Positions 25,833-38,620 of a DNA stretch of 64,000 nt are shown here, piece after piece. The notes under the pieces are model-generated. The model was given only the letters and a program-made list of their open reading frames with translations. It ran no database searches and was not told the origin of the DNA. Numbering within the stretch: the first letter of the stretch is position 1; each line of letters opens with the position of its first letter. The stretch is from the NCBI GenBank assembly GCA_030704615.1, contig CM060732.1:7068001-7132000 (forward strand). The letters are read 5' to 3'. The position numbers and the translations under genes are program-made. This stretch comes from Takakia lepidozioides (taxonomy: Eukaryota > Plantae > Bryophyta).

Positions 25833-28800
25833 CACTAGAAGAGAAACCGGCTTTTTCCACGGTTCTGCCATCTCACACCTGGCACATTCCACGGCTTTTA
25901 TCACGGGTCTGTACACTGAGCCAAAGTGTGGGTCTAAATATGCCCTAACTGTGGGGTGTTTCACATGTGGTCCACACCCCAGGCAAGAACGGTGTGAAAA
26001 CAGCCATGAGCGTGGCAGGGGTTGACTTAGTTTACATGGCATGTTACACATCTGTGTGAAATGGGAACATACAATTATTTCCACTGATTGTGGTGTATGG
26101 GGAGTTTGAGAATGATGCCCTTGGAAAATGATTATGAACTTCATGTTCATGTTTAGAAATCTGCACGATGGGCTACTAGCAAGTGAAGAATCACCCCCCG
26201 CTACACCCCATTTTCAATCTCTACGTTATGAAGTCTATAATGCCCTTGGTGAAATGAGCATGGGGATCGCATTCAAAGGTGGCCCCGTTCCATTGCAACC
26301 TATGACACAACTAGGACAAATAGGCATAGGCATGATTTACACTTTTTGCCACAAATCACTTGCATCATCCTTACGTTGAACTCATTGTTTATGTGACACG
26401 TTTGGACTTTGTCATCTCACACATCAAAGAAAAAACCAGAATATTTCGAAAAAATCCTAACCTAAATTTACTAACAAGTGTTCAAACCAACCCAATGGTA
26501 ATATATTTTATTACCATTATCAAATGTTTGTCTACGTGGTGTTTTGGTTTTCTAGACAAGTCTGGTAGCAAGATTTTAGCCTCTGACCTAGAATGAATCA
26601 AAATGCAAAAGGTTAAAAAGTCAAAAAGTTGCTAATAAGGTTGCCCATTAGGGTAATCGTGAACACAGAAGAGGGCTGGGATTTGGCGTTTTTTTTTTTC
26701 TCCTGTGCCACACCATGTAGCAAGGGATAGAATGCGATGATCGCAGGATATGCAGGGGCGTGGGATGGAAGCGTTGAACAAATGATGCAGGAAGGAGGAG
26801 AGGAGGAGGAGATGAGACGAGGAGAAGCTCGCAACATTCTTGCGAGCTCGCCGTTCTTGGGAGAGTTATCTTGGTCTTAGCAGGCCGTGTTTCAATCTCT
26901 GCCTACTCAGCTGCACCGTGGCGGTTCGATCTCACAGACCAATCCGACGTTACCTGACTACAAACACAAGCAGCACACACAAGAGGTCCTTTTGGGTTGA
27001 TGGTCGGTCAAGTCATGACACAAGCTCAAGGATAATGTGGTGAGGGCATCTTCTTCTTTGACCTATTTCAGCCTGTTTTGCCCTCTCACATCATGTTTGT
27101 GTGCATTGCAATGCTTGTGCAAGCCTGGCAGCCCTTGAGAAGGACAAAGAGGTGCATGGGGATATCATCAAAGCTGGAATTGTACCTAAAGTCATTCGAA
27201 ACATTGCCCTGGCAGCTCTGGAAAAGGGGAAGGAGGTCCATGGTGACACCTTCAGAGCTGGAATTGTACCAAATGTCATTTTGAACGATACCCTAGTGGA
27301 CATGTATGCAAAATGTGGGTGCATCGAGGATGCAAAGGGAGTATTCAACACTATGGCTGAACGAGATGTGGTGTCATGGAGTGCGATGCTTGCAGGGTAT
27401 GCACAGCAAGGACGTGGGATGGAGACTTTGGAGACCTATGAGCAAATGATGGGGGAAGGGGTTCAGCCCGGCCACATCATGTTTGTGTGCATTGCAGGCC
27501 TGGCAGCCCTGATTTAAATCAGGCACCTCAACCATGACCACAGCTTCTAAAAGAGGATCAAGAGAGGGAGTCCATAATGCCTCTTCTGCCTCTTCTGGGC
27601 ATGTGAAGATGCTTTGTGAGGCAGGCAGACTGAAAGAGGCTCTACAACCTTTAAACCAAGGAGCATTTCAACAGATTCAGATATGTATGTCTGTCTCTTG
27701 AAATGAAGGGTCTGGAAGCTGGAAAGCAGGTGCACACTCACATTATCCAAAGTGGATTCACGCCAAGTGTTTTTCTCCTCAACACCCTTGTGAACATGTA
27801 TGTTAAGTGCAGGAGCATCATGAATGCACACCGAGTGTTCAACGGAATGCCTCAACAAACTTTGATCACGTTGAATATAATGTTGGCAGGATTTAACATG
27901 GGTGTGGTAGGAATGCTTTGGAGACCTACGAGCAACTGCTGCGCAAAGGGGTGAAGCCCAACCACATTACATTTGTTTGTAATGCATGTGCAAGCCTGGG
28001 AGCTCTGGAAAAGGGCAAAGAGGTCCATGGTGACATCGTCAAATCTGGAATTGTACCCAATGTCATTCTGAGCACTGCCCTGGTGGACTGCATGTATGCC
28101 AAATGTGGGTGCATCGAGGATGCAAAGGAAGTGTTCGAAAATATGGCTGAACGAGATGTGGTGTCGTGAGTGCGATGATTGCAGGATATGCACAGCAAGG
28201 GCGCGGATGGAGGCTTTGGAGAAATGATGTGGGAAGGGGTGATTCCCTATGGAAAAATAGCTCCAAGAAACCTGCATGGGTAGATGGTCAACTGGAAGCC
28301 GCAGCAGCAGCGGCACAATTGATAAAATCAGGCAATGCTAATCAAGGCACATTCCTCAACACATTTCACTCTGTTTTCCCCTCTTATCCCTCTCTTATCA
28401 GAATTGCCCTAAATTTTCATGTTTTAAGAATTCTGCAAGTTAGCTGGTTGAGTGAACCTTTGATAGTTTGGAGTGACTTTGACATGATACTGCCAAAGTG
28501 ACAATAGGAAAGTATCCAGAAATATGTAACAGAGAGGAGAAGCTGTGGAATGAATATTTTTCTGACCCCAGTCAATGGTGGGACAACCGTTTTGGAAGGT
28601 AAATGCCTTCGGTTTACAGAGTGGTAGATGCAATTGAGAATATGAGCTGATGTGATAAGTTGAGTTGGGTGTTTGCTGGAACAAATCTAGGCTGCCATTG
28701 TCAGCTGCTAACAGTAATGCACGGATGTATGCATTATCTGTGCAGAGGCATGGATAGCTGAAGGAGCAGGGATAGAGTGTCATCCAAGAGGGCCAGATTT

Positions 28801-29666
28801 CAAGCTCCAGATTACTTATGATTCCCTGTGGAAGGATAGCTACAAGAAACTTGCATGGGTAGATGGTACATAGTTTGGAGTGATTTTGACATGATACTGC
28901 CAAAGTGACAATAAGAAAGTATCCAGAAACATGTAACAGAGATGTGGAGAAGTTGTGGAATGAATGCTTTTCTGACCCCAGTCAAGGGTGGGACAACCGA
29001 GGGAAAAAAATGAATGTCTACTAGATTATAGAGAGTAGGAGACGCAACTCAGCATAGACACTAAGGCAAACTCTCATTACCTGCAAAGGGTGTGTTTTGG
29101 TATCTGAGCGAATAAATATAATTTCTAAAAACATAATTTCAATATTTTGTTATTTAATAATGTTCGCATCAAGGTCACTGTCCATTTTTCCTATAATAAT
29201 AATCATCATCATCATAATAATAACAATAAATTAAATCCATTAATATTCAAACTTAATATTGGAAATCAATTAATAATTAATTAATGCGTACCACCACACA
29301 GGAACGAACACGTGTTGCATAGTGACTTGTCGAAGGTGTGAAATATGACACGTGTCGCATAGTGGCTTGTTCAAGGTGTAAAATCCGCCGTGAAACATGC
29401 CCCACTGGCCTTTTTCACACTCTGCCATGTCAGCTATGCCATCGGCCATGTCAGCGGTCATGTCACCATGCACCCCGTGAAAAAACCCACCCATGGAAAA
29501 AGCCTCCCGTGGACTTTTCCACAGGGCTACCCAAGAGCCAGGCCGTCCATGGGGTGTCCGAAAGCACTAGTCGTTTCTTATACCCACGGCAGGTGTGGAC
29601 TGCGGCTGATTCCACAGCAAAAAGTGTGGAAAAAGCCGTGGAAAAAAGCCGGTTTCTCTTCTAGGG
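25833..29666. mobile_element. Non-autonomous CACTA (En/Spm) DNA transposon carrying PPR fragments
   Basis: Left TIR CACTAGAAGAGAAACCGGCTTTTTCCACGG at 25833. The right end reverse-complements to CCCTAGAAGAGAAACCGGCTTTTTTCCACGG (ends 29666). 3-bp TSD AGA on both sides, subterminal ttccac/gtggaa repeats, no transposase. Confidence 0.9.
27085..28215 (+). pseudogene. PLS-class pentatricopeptide repeat gene fragments (frameshifted)
   Basis: ACASLAALEKGKEVHGDI.KAGIVPNVILN.TLVDMYAKCGCIEDAKGVFNTMAERDVVSWSAMLAGYAQQG and GKQVHTHIIQSGFTPSVFLLNTLVNMYVKC, broken by several frameshifts. Confidence 0.92.
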
Positions 29667-32600
29667 AGAGAGAGGGAGAGAGAGGGAGTGTTGAGGAAAA
29701 TAAAATAAAAAAGAAGGTGGGGTGGGGTGGGGTGGGGGGGCGAGGGGGTGACTGAGCAGCATCTGCTGCTCACTCACTTCCCCCCCCCCAACCTTATTTT
29801 TTATTTTTTTTCCCTCATCTCTCCCTCACTCTCCCTCTCTTCCTCTTTTCCCTCATCTCTCCCCCTCTCTCCCTCTATCCCATCAGGATATGGAGAGAGA
29901 TGGAGAGATGGAGGAGGGAGAGAGATGGAGTGTAGAGGTAAAAATAAAAAAAATAGAAGGTAGGCAGCAGCTGCTCAGTCACTTCCCCCACACCTTCTTT
30001 TTTATTTTTTTTCCCCTCATCTCTCCCTCACTCTCCCTCTCTCCATCTCTCTCCCTCTCTACTGGGAATTGGCAGTTTGCTATCAGTGTTGACTTCTTGT
30101 TTTCTCATCCTCTATCAGGCTTTTTCATCCATACCGGATGAGCCACCAGGATGGACACTGAATTACCTCTAGGACGGTTCTTTTGGCCTTTTCATTCCTC
30201 ATTTATTGACTCTCATCCATACCGGATGAGTCACCATGGAAGAAAAGAATTACCTCTATGAAGGTTGCCAACAACATCTTGTTTTTCCATCCGAAAACTA
30301 CCAGGGTGATAATTTTTCATTCCTCTTTTATTGACTCTTTTTATCCATACCAGATGGTCTGGTGAGGAATGATAGAATTACCTAGATAGACGTAAGGCGC
30401 TGCCACAGATGATATTCCCTACTTTTTCATCCTGACACAAGTGATCTGTCTATGGATGATGTGATTATGGCCTGGAATTGATCTTTACTACCCCTAATTA
30501 TGATTTATTACGATGAAAACCCTAACCCCTACCCCAAAACCTATTTTTAACCTTGCTGCAGATGAAATCCGTTAGGGTATACGGATGCGTCCTACTATTT
30601 TTCATCCACGGATGAATAATCGGGGGGACAACCCTATGTCGTCTGTCCCGTTGTCAGAAACACGCGACGTGCTTCTGAGCTCGCGAGTAGAGTGTTATGG
30701 CGGACGTGCTTCGGTGGCTGCCCCGTTTGTGGTGTCGTACCCATGTTGGACGAGCGCCTGGGGGGGGCGCAAAGGTGGCGCCTTGTCTCTCTTGCAGCGG
30801 GAAACGCCGCTATGAATGCAGTGGCATCTTCCTTCCTCTGGCTTTTTTTGTGCTTAGCAATGATGGGAAGTTCTCTCCCTCCTTTCTCGTGCCTCGCGAT
30901 TGTGCCTGCTTTGCTTCATTGCTTATGTGCTTTGTGGAGGCGACTTGCTGCAGGTGGTGATGGTGCATAACCCTCTTCCCCAATCGCTTAAGGTGCCTTT
31001 GGAGTTTAGGGATTCTTGTGTTCTTATCTCTTTCTCTTGCTTTTGAGTTTCTTAGTTGACATCGATGACAAGTGTGAGGGTCTATGATTCACCTGGGGTT
31101 CCACAATCCTCACCAACCTGTTGGTTTTTGTGGGGGCTTGTGATGGGACCAGGTGAGGATCCTCACCTCTTTTGAAGCTTCTTGAGCATGTAGATTGGGA
31201 TATGGGTTGAGAAGACCTGTGGGTTTTTGCGCTGTGAGGTGGCTGCTGCCTGCAGCCCCGATTTCAACCCGACTGCTCCTGGTTTGGCATGCTACAGCCT
31301 GGTTTTTGGCCTTTGTCGTTCTGCCGTCGATGCGCAGCTCGGCCTGACTGGCCTGTCTCCTGAGGCTTGCATACAAACAATACCCTACCTCTTGATCTTT
31401 GACAGCAGGGCCTGTGGCTTATTGAGCTAGGTTATAAGTTCTTTTGGCCAAAGAGGATCTGGTTTTAGGTATTACGTTTTTGGCAGTTTTGGGTCTCTAT
31501 GGACATGGTGGCCTTGAAGGGTATGGCGGCAGCCTGATAAGGCACCGACCTGCTCCTTTTCGGGCCTATTTCTGTTGAGTACTGGATCACAGTGAGGTGT
31601 TCTTTGAATGCTTTAGCATGGAACTCTTGAAGGATGAGGATGGTAAGCTGCAATGGGATCCTACCTATAGTTTTGGCTTTGTCATGACATCAGGCCTATG
31701 ACTTGCAATCTGGTTTTTTATATGCAAAAGAGGCTGGATCTCGGCTGTTCAAGCTGCTTGTATGTACAAGTCTTGAACCTGCAATTTGACAGGCTGAGTT
31801 CACATTCCCTTGACACCTTGTATGATCACATGTCTTGGGGTGAATACAAATGATATGGAATTTATTTCATCATGCCCAAGTAGGACTGCTTGGTGGCATA
31901 TTGTGATTCTGACAAATTGCAGGCTGGTCCTTATGTCTTGGCTGCTGCATGACCTGCCATAATTAATGGCTGAAAAGGTAAGATGCTGCAACCCGTGGGT
32001 CATATCCAAGATGTATGTGTGAAAACGTGTCTTGAAATGGTAATAGGGCAGGCTGGACCATGGTACCTTGCCCTTTGCACAACCTCAACATTTTTATGCT
32101 TCTTCAATACATGACCTGCTGGTAAGGTATGTGTGCAGGCTGAACCAAGAGGCCTTGCAACCTGCACAGGGGCAACAATATCTTATCTTGTCCTACACAT
32201 GAACACATGATTCATTGGCCAAGATGGCCGGATCTCGGGTGTTCAAGATGCTTGCATCCCCTACATGAACAAACCCCGCCCTCCCACCCTGTTTTATCAT
32301 GACTGATTGGGTGATGTCAATTCATGGGAAGCTATGACAAGAATGGAAATGTTAGATGGTGCCATGTTTTGGGTTGTTTATGTCTTTAATTGACAATGAC
32401 CCTAGTGGGTCTTGTCCATGTCTTGACATGACATGAATATCTTCCCTCTGTCCCATCAGGATGTGGAGAGAGAGGGAGAGAGGGAGAGAGAGGGAGTGTC
32501 GAGGAAATAAAAAATAAAAAAGAAGGTTGGGGGGGGGGGGAGTGACTGAGCAGCAGCTACTCAGTCACACCCCCCACCTTTTTTTTTTTTTTTTTTTCCT

Positions 32601-33495
32601 CATCTCTCCCTCACTCTCCCTCTGTCCCTCTCTCTCCCCCTGTCCCATCAGGATGTGGAGAGAGAGGGAGAACGTTGAGGAAAAATAAAATAAAAAAGAA
32701 GGTGGTGGGGGGGGGGACTGAGCAGCAGCTGCTCAGTCACCCCCCCCCCCCCTCCCGCCTTCTTTTTTATATTTTCTCCCTCTCTCTCCCTCTCTCTCCC
32801 TCTGGAAACTGGGTTTATGGAATTGTCGTCCCGACTTCCATCTTTGAGAAAATTGAAAAAATTGAAAAATTGGGTTGCAGGGAATTTTGGATGTTTTTTC
32901 ATCCAAAATACAAATCTTTCCCTAGTGAAACAGTTCTTCACTAAATACCTGTGAGGTGCAAAACTCCCGTCAATCAATCCAACCTGGATGAAAAAATGAC
33001 TTCATCTGACAGGACCTAAATACGGGGCAAGACAGGTATAAACCCCCGATGTTTTTCATCTAACCTAGGTGAAATACGGACTGCATCTGTGGAGTTCAAG
33101 ACGGGATGAACGCACGATGTCTTTCATCTTCCGTGAATGAGAAACGGACAACGTCCATTGGGCGTACAGGCTGGCGGATGTTTTTCATCCTGAGAAGAAT
33201 GAATGACGGGCCAGATAGGGGAAAACCCTGCGCAACCCTAATGTCTTTCTTTTTGCGCTGTAAGAGCGCGTGCGATGGTGGTGGCTTAGAGATGAGGGAA
33301 GATTCACTGTCTCAGTTGTCTGTTTTTTTGCTGCACAAGGGAACCGAGGCAGTGATGGCGGAGGTACCACCTGCATGCTTATGACGTTTCCCTAGGAGCC
33401 CTCCTCTGGATCTTTGATGAATGGCGGCGTCTTGGTAGAACAAGGAAGTCTCTCTCCTTCCCTTTATAAACCCTACCTTTTGAGACCAAGCTCTT
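29667..33495. repeat. ~3-kb repeat family units (foldback GA/G-tract head plus ttttcatcc/ggatgaaaa subrepeats); second unit interrupted at 33495
   Basis: The head catcaggatgtggagagag...gactgagcagcagctgctcagtc...ctctccctc recurs at ~25650-25832, 29667-30060, 32445-32800, 49930-50090 and 53150-53640. Segment 32800-33495 aligns with 50085-51120. Confidence 0.8.
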
Positions 33496-33579
33496 TGTCG
33501 TGCGCATACATATCGCTACACAACTACATCGCTGTCCAAACCACACCACACATATATGCACAATAAAGTAGTCTGCCAC

Positions 33580-35676
33580 ATCGCACACCAGCATGGTGGC
33601 TGCCCCTTTAGCAGACCCACACAACATGCACCTCAAACCTGCAGATACCACTACCAGGTTTGGGTCAATCCTGCCATCAACATTCGGAAGGTGACATGGC
33701 GCACAATTACGCACATGGTCCTTCCAAGTTATGCCATCCCGACCCTCCAAGACCAAGACGCCTGAGGGCAAGACCTCTCGAACCCTCAAAATAACACGTC
33801 CTGCAGTCACATCCAGGGTCGTAGGAGCAGTCTGCTGCAGATAGACATAGTCACCAGGGTTGAATCTCCGAACCCCAGGACGATAGCCCCCACCACGTAT
33901 GGTAGCATATTTCAACGTACCACGGTGTTGTGCAATGGCAAGGTTCTCGAAAGCCATGGGCATGACTCTCTTGAACAACTCTGCACGCTGCTCACATGCA
34001 TGTGCCCACACGTCCGGATCGTCAAGGTTAAGAACTATAGCAGCTTCTCTGCGAATGGATGTAGGCAAATCCGGCTCTCGGCCAAAGAGAAGAAAGTATG
34101 GTGAGAAGGAGGCAAGTGATGCTTGCTTGCTGAACCTGTAGCCCATGGCTAACCAGGGTAACTGAAGGTCCCAATTTCCTAGGTGTCCCTTCTGCAAGCC
34201 ATACTTGCGCAAACCCCTCTTTACTGTCTGAACAACTCTCTCTGCCAAGCCATCGGCTTCAGGATGATCCCGAGAAGTGGTGCGGTGGTCTATCAAGGCC
34301 TTGTCACACAAAGCCTGAAACTCCCCCAAGAACTCTCTCCCTTGGTCCGTGAGTACCTCAGCTGGAGCACCGAATCGGCTAAGCACACAATCCAGGAATG
34401 CATACGCAGCTCCCTCACTAGCCTTATCAGGCAATGGAACCAATTCAATCCACTTGGAGAAGTGCTCCACCATCACCAACACGTACTTGTTGTGGCGCAT
34501 GGTCAGTGGCAACGGCCCTGCAAAGTCAAGACTCCACCTGTAGCCCAATCCCATGATCGGAAGAGGGTGCAATTGTGGAGTAGGGGTGTTGAATGAAGCA
34601 CGCACCCTGTCACACACCATGCACCTAGCCACAAATTGTTGCACCTCTGTGTGCATACCACGCCACCAATACTGCCCCTGCAGTAGACTATGAGTGCGTC
34701 GCACCCCAAAATGCCCCAACTCCTCATGGGCATGCCGCACTAATCGTGCCCGATGTGTTGGGTGAGGCACAATCCTCACTCGACCATCCTCCCACACTCG
34801 GAGCAGGTGTGTCCCCTCCCACCTGAACCTCTTGGCTCGTTGTAGGATCCGATCCCTCTCCTTGGCAGTCATAGTGGCTGCCGTGTCTCCATTGCGGAGG
34901 TAGTCCAACACAACTGAATCCTCATGTATATCTTTGGCGCCACCCTGCTCATTGTTGGCCTCAGGGTCCTCAGACACTTGATCTACAGTCATCCCTGTTG
35001 TAGGTCCAACCTGGCCTTCCGTTGCCAAGATGCACAGAAATGCAGATGCATGCCATCCGGGCACCATCTCCTCGTCCGTCTCACCATGCCACCGAGCTCC
35101 AGTGTCATCCTGCTGGCTCGTGCATGGATTGCGACTCAACCCATCTGCATTTCGATTGACCAAACCCGGTCGATGCACCACCTGAAAGCCATACTCTTGA
35201 AGGATGAGTGCCCACCGTGCAAGCTTCCCCGTAAGCTTGTCTGACTCCATCAACCACTTGAGTGGTTGGTGATCCGTGACAAGGGTGAAGAGATTTCCGT
35301 ATAGATAGCACCTGAAGTGTGCCACGGCCCACACTGCAGCTAAGCATTCTCCCTCATATGAGCTATACTTAGACTCTGCAACATTGTTCGAGCGGCTAGC
35401 ATAAGCCACTACGAACTCTCTTCCCTCATCATCCACCTGTGTGAGCACCGCTCCAAGCCCCAGCATGCTCCAATCTGTATGCAGCTGAAAATGACGCCCC
35501 CTGATAGGTCGTCTCAAGATGGGCGCCGAGGTCAACCTCGCCTTGAGCTCTTGAAAAGCTTGTTCTTGCTCATCTTCCCACTGCCACTCCTGGTCCACCT
35601 TGGTCAGCTTGGTTAGAGCCTTTGCAATGACACTAAATCCCTTAACAAACCGTCTGTAATAGTTTGCTAACCCCAC
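33580..35676 (-). pseudogene. Pol C-terminal part: RT connection, RNase H, integrase (HHCC, DDE) and start of a PHD finger (truncated)
   Basis: GLANYYRRFVKGFS; LHTDWSMLGLGAVL, YEGECLAAVWA, TDHQPL; HEELGHFG...CMVCD; LDFAGP, TDQGREF, AERVVQTVK; finally CMLCGSAKGAATMLVCD, where homology stops at ~33580. Confidence 0.95.
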
Positions 35677-35682
35677 GAAAGC

Positions 35683-36600
35683 TCAAACTCGGCTCACATC
35701 CGTGGGGCGTGGAACCTGTGCAATGGACTCTACCTTAGTCTGCTGTACCCCCAATCCTCCAGGATATATCATGTGACCCAGATACTCAATCTGGTTGTGG
35801 AAAAACTTGCACTTGCCCGGATGTAACTTCAATCCGTGCGTCCTCAAGCGCTCAAATACCCCCTGAAGGTGTCTCTCATGCTCCTCCACCGTAGCACTAA
35901 AGATGATGATGTCATCTATGTAGCACCGAGCAAACTCCACCCCTGCTAGAATCCTGTCCATGACTCTTTGAAACTCAGCGGGAGCGTTTTTAAGCCCAAA
36001 TGGTAAGAACCGCCACTGGTATAGGCAATCCTTCCCGTGCTCATTGATCCCCCAGAATTCTTTTGCTTATCCGCCTCCTTGATCGGCAACTGGTGATATC
36101 CGGATCGTAAATCCAACGTGCTAAAGACCTTGGAATGCCCAATGGCATCAAAGATCTCCTCTGGTGTTGGCATGGCATACCTATCGGACTTGATCTGACG
36201 ATTTACAGGCCGGTAATCACCGCACATACGTCTCTCCGTCCAATTGCCATAGACATCCTTCTTAGCTGGCATCACTGTGGCTGAAGCATACTCTCCACCA
36301 GAGAGCTCCACCAAACCTGCCTCCCAGAGATCTTGAGTCCTCATCTGAATCAAAGACCTCTCCATGTCACTGTATCTATAGGGTCTCCGAAAGATTGGCA
36401 TGTCAGTGGCCAACTCAATACGGATCTCTTGACCCTTCAGTGCTCCCAAGTCCTTCAAACTGAAGGCAAAGCAATTCCTGTAAGCCCTCAGGAACCGCCG
36501 TATACGTCGTCTCTCTCCTCCGGTGACAATGGGTCCAATGTCAGGCTCCCAATTGTCCTCCGTAACTGCAACCTTAAGTCCAGTGGGCTTAGAGGTAGAG
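35683..36600 (-). pseudogene. Ty3/gypsy reverse transcriptase
   Basis: IFRRPYRYS, RMCGDYRPVN, YAMPTPEEIF, FSTLDLRSGYHQL, LPFGLKNAPAEFQRVM, YIDDIIIFS, KCKF...YLGH. Frameshift near 36055 and in-frame TGA at 35683. Confidence 0.96.
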
Positions 36601-36890
36601 GACGCGTCCCGTGGTTGCTATGCTGCAACCTCTTGAGCAGTACCCCCTTCCTGCTCAGTCAATGACAAGGCCTCATCCTGCCCCATCATCTCATCATTGA
36701 GAACTTCCTCAACCCGAGAAAAATCCCCAACCTCATCCATCACAGCTGCCTTGGCTGCCAACTCCCTTTGGACCTCGAGCACCTCCCACGTGTGCCATGG
36801 ATGTCTACACCCCGTGGTCCTCACCGGCTCGCCCCCACTCGCTGCCTGTACCGTCTCGGTAGGCAGAGAGACCATGAAGGGGAGTGCACT

Positions 36891-37875
36891 CTACACTCTA
36901 CGTTGCTCAGCCATAGCCAAGCTGATAATCCAAGTCAAGCAATTGAGATCCATTGCTTGCCCCAACACCTGACGCCGTGATGCCTCAGAAAGAGAAGGCA
37001 CCGCCGTGGTCCCAGTGGAAAACCCCATAGCCCGCTCTCGCTCGTCGGCATTAGGCTCCACTAACTGCTGCAACTGAGCATCCCACAGGAGGCCAGGTCC
37101 ACCATCCCGAAAAGCATGAGATCCTGGGAAGCTGAGCAGTGTAGGTAATGCTGCTCGTGGTTGACCTACCCTGTTGACCACTGCCAAAGGCAAACGGTCA
37201 TCGTGTCTCACACGTTGAGACTGTCTCCCTGTGTCCAAAATGCCATCCACGGTGAGGTGTGCTGGCCGCTGCACCCCATCAAATGCACGCTTGAGTAGTG
37301 CGGGTGGCATCAAGTTAGTCCACCAAAGCCGTGGACGATGAGCCCGAGACCCCACTGCAGCTGCATCCAGCAACACTGCTGACCCAAGCCACGACCGGAC
37401 TTGATGCACACTGGCCATCACCCTGGCCCGAGAATCACCCATCAGTGGTACATTCTCCAAGATGTATGCTGGAGATACAGCTTGATGAAGCTGCAAGCAG
37501 CGCAAAATCCGCACCATCTCCCAAAACAGACCCGTCCTCGAGTCTCGCAATCCATTGCCATGCCCGGCTGATGAATGCCCTTGGCAGGGCCAACCTGCCA
37601 CTACCAGTTCAATGGAGCCAACCTGCTCCAAATCCTGCGCCCCCAGCAAAGAAATGTCTGCTGACAAGGCTTGTTGGTATCCACGAACTGCAGACACTGG
37701 CAACAAGTCAGGGTATTGCTGTACCAACTGAGCAACATGGCGCAGTGAGACGCGTCGTGCAGTCTCATCCCTCTCCACATACAGGTAACGTCGAACTCGT
37801 ACACCTGCCTGTAGCACAGCAGCCAATCCGGTGCTGATCCCGCCAAACAAGTCCAGAAGGCAAATGCCTTCATCT
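36891..37875 (-). CDS. C5 DNA cytosine methyltransferase domain (DNMT3-like) embedded in Pol between protease and RT
   Basis: Within ORF 36891-38489: motif I LLDLFGGISTG, II YVERD, III ADI, IV VAGWPCQGHS (catalytic Cys ~37585), V DSRTGLFWEM, VI ILENV, VIII AHRPRLWWTN, IX ERERAMGF, X RRQVLGQAMD, in non-permuted order. Same frame as the protease C-terminus upstream and as RT downstream (two in-frame TAGs in the linker). Confidence 0.95.
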
Positions 37876-38249
37876 GGATACTGCCACACAATAGGTGTGG
37901 TATCCAATGGTGACAACTGAGGTGGTCCTGGTGCAATACCCGCACTCTCCTCCTCTCCTGACGGAACAAAAGCCTCTACCCAGGCTTGTTGCACCCGTCG
38001 ATCAGTAACCTGCTGCAAATCCTTGCTCGTACCCCACAATGGAGTGTGAGCAACCATGGCAGGCAACTCCGCCGTACCATGCATGTCATCCTGCTCTGCT
38101 GGAGGTGGCACATCCTCTGCATGGGCATTGCCTTCCAACAACTCTCTAGGCCAACTAACTGCAGCTGTAAAGGCGGTTAGTGTTGGCATCTTGCCCCGCT
38201 GGGCAGCTGCTATACCCCCAATGAATGTCACAGGGAGCTGTGCACGGCG

Positions 38250-38620
38250 ACCATCGCCTGACTGCCATCCAGGCCTGTAGGATGCTGACTCCTCCCAAAA
38301 ATCCAGGGTGAAGCCCATGGGGTATAACACTGCCCCACCAACGAGGACATCGTAAGAGACTGCGTCTGTCACAATGGCCTTGGCTCGCATTACTGAGCCA
38401 TCGATAGGATGATCCGGCTGCAGTCTAATGGCCAACTGCCCCGAGCCTGCTCTGATCCTCCCAGAGATGTCTGTATCTGGAAAGGACAAGGCTCCATATC
38501 CGCCTCCATGAGGCCCAAACCTGCAATAGCAGCTCTACCCAACATCAGTGGCTGAGCTCCCGAGTCCAACAAGACCCGCAGTGGCCGGTACTTCTTGCCT
38601 GCCGGTCCACTCAAAGTGAA
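38250..38620 (-). pseudogene. Retropepsin-like aspartic protease
   Basis: RVLLDSGAQPLMLG, then, after a frameshift near 38450, YDVLVGGAVLYPMGFTLDF. Confidence 0.9.

Noticed and set aside
33379-33579. C-terminal ~65 aa of the 765-aa ORF as genuine Pol sequence
   Set aside because: It is read-through across the truncation into the 85-bp terminal segment and the host repeat (homologous to ~51000-51120).
36891-38489. Stand-alone host DNMT gene or bacterial restriction-modification methylase (contamination)
   Set aside because: It is in frame with the retroviral protease and RT, has no cognate endonuclease, and lies in intron-containing plant DNA.
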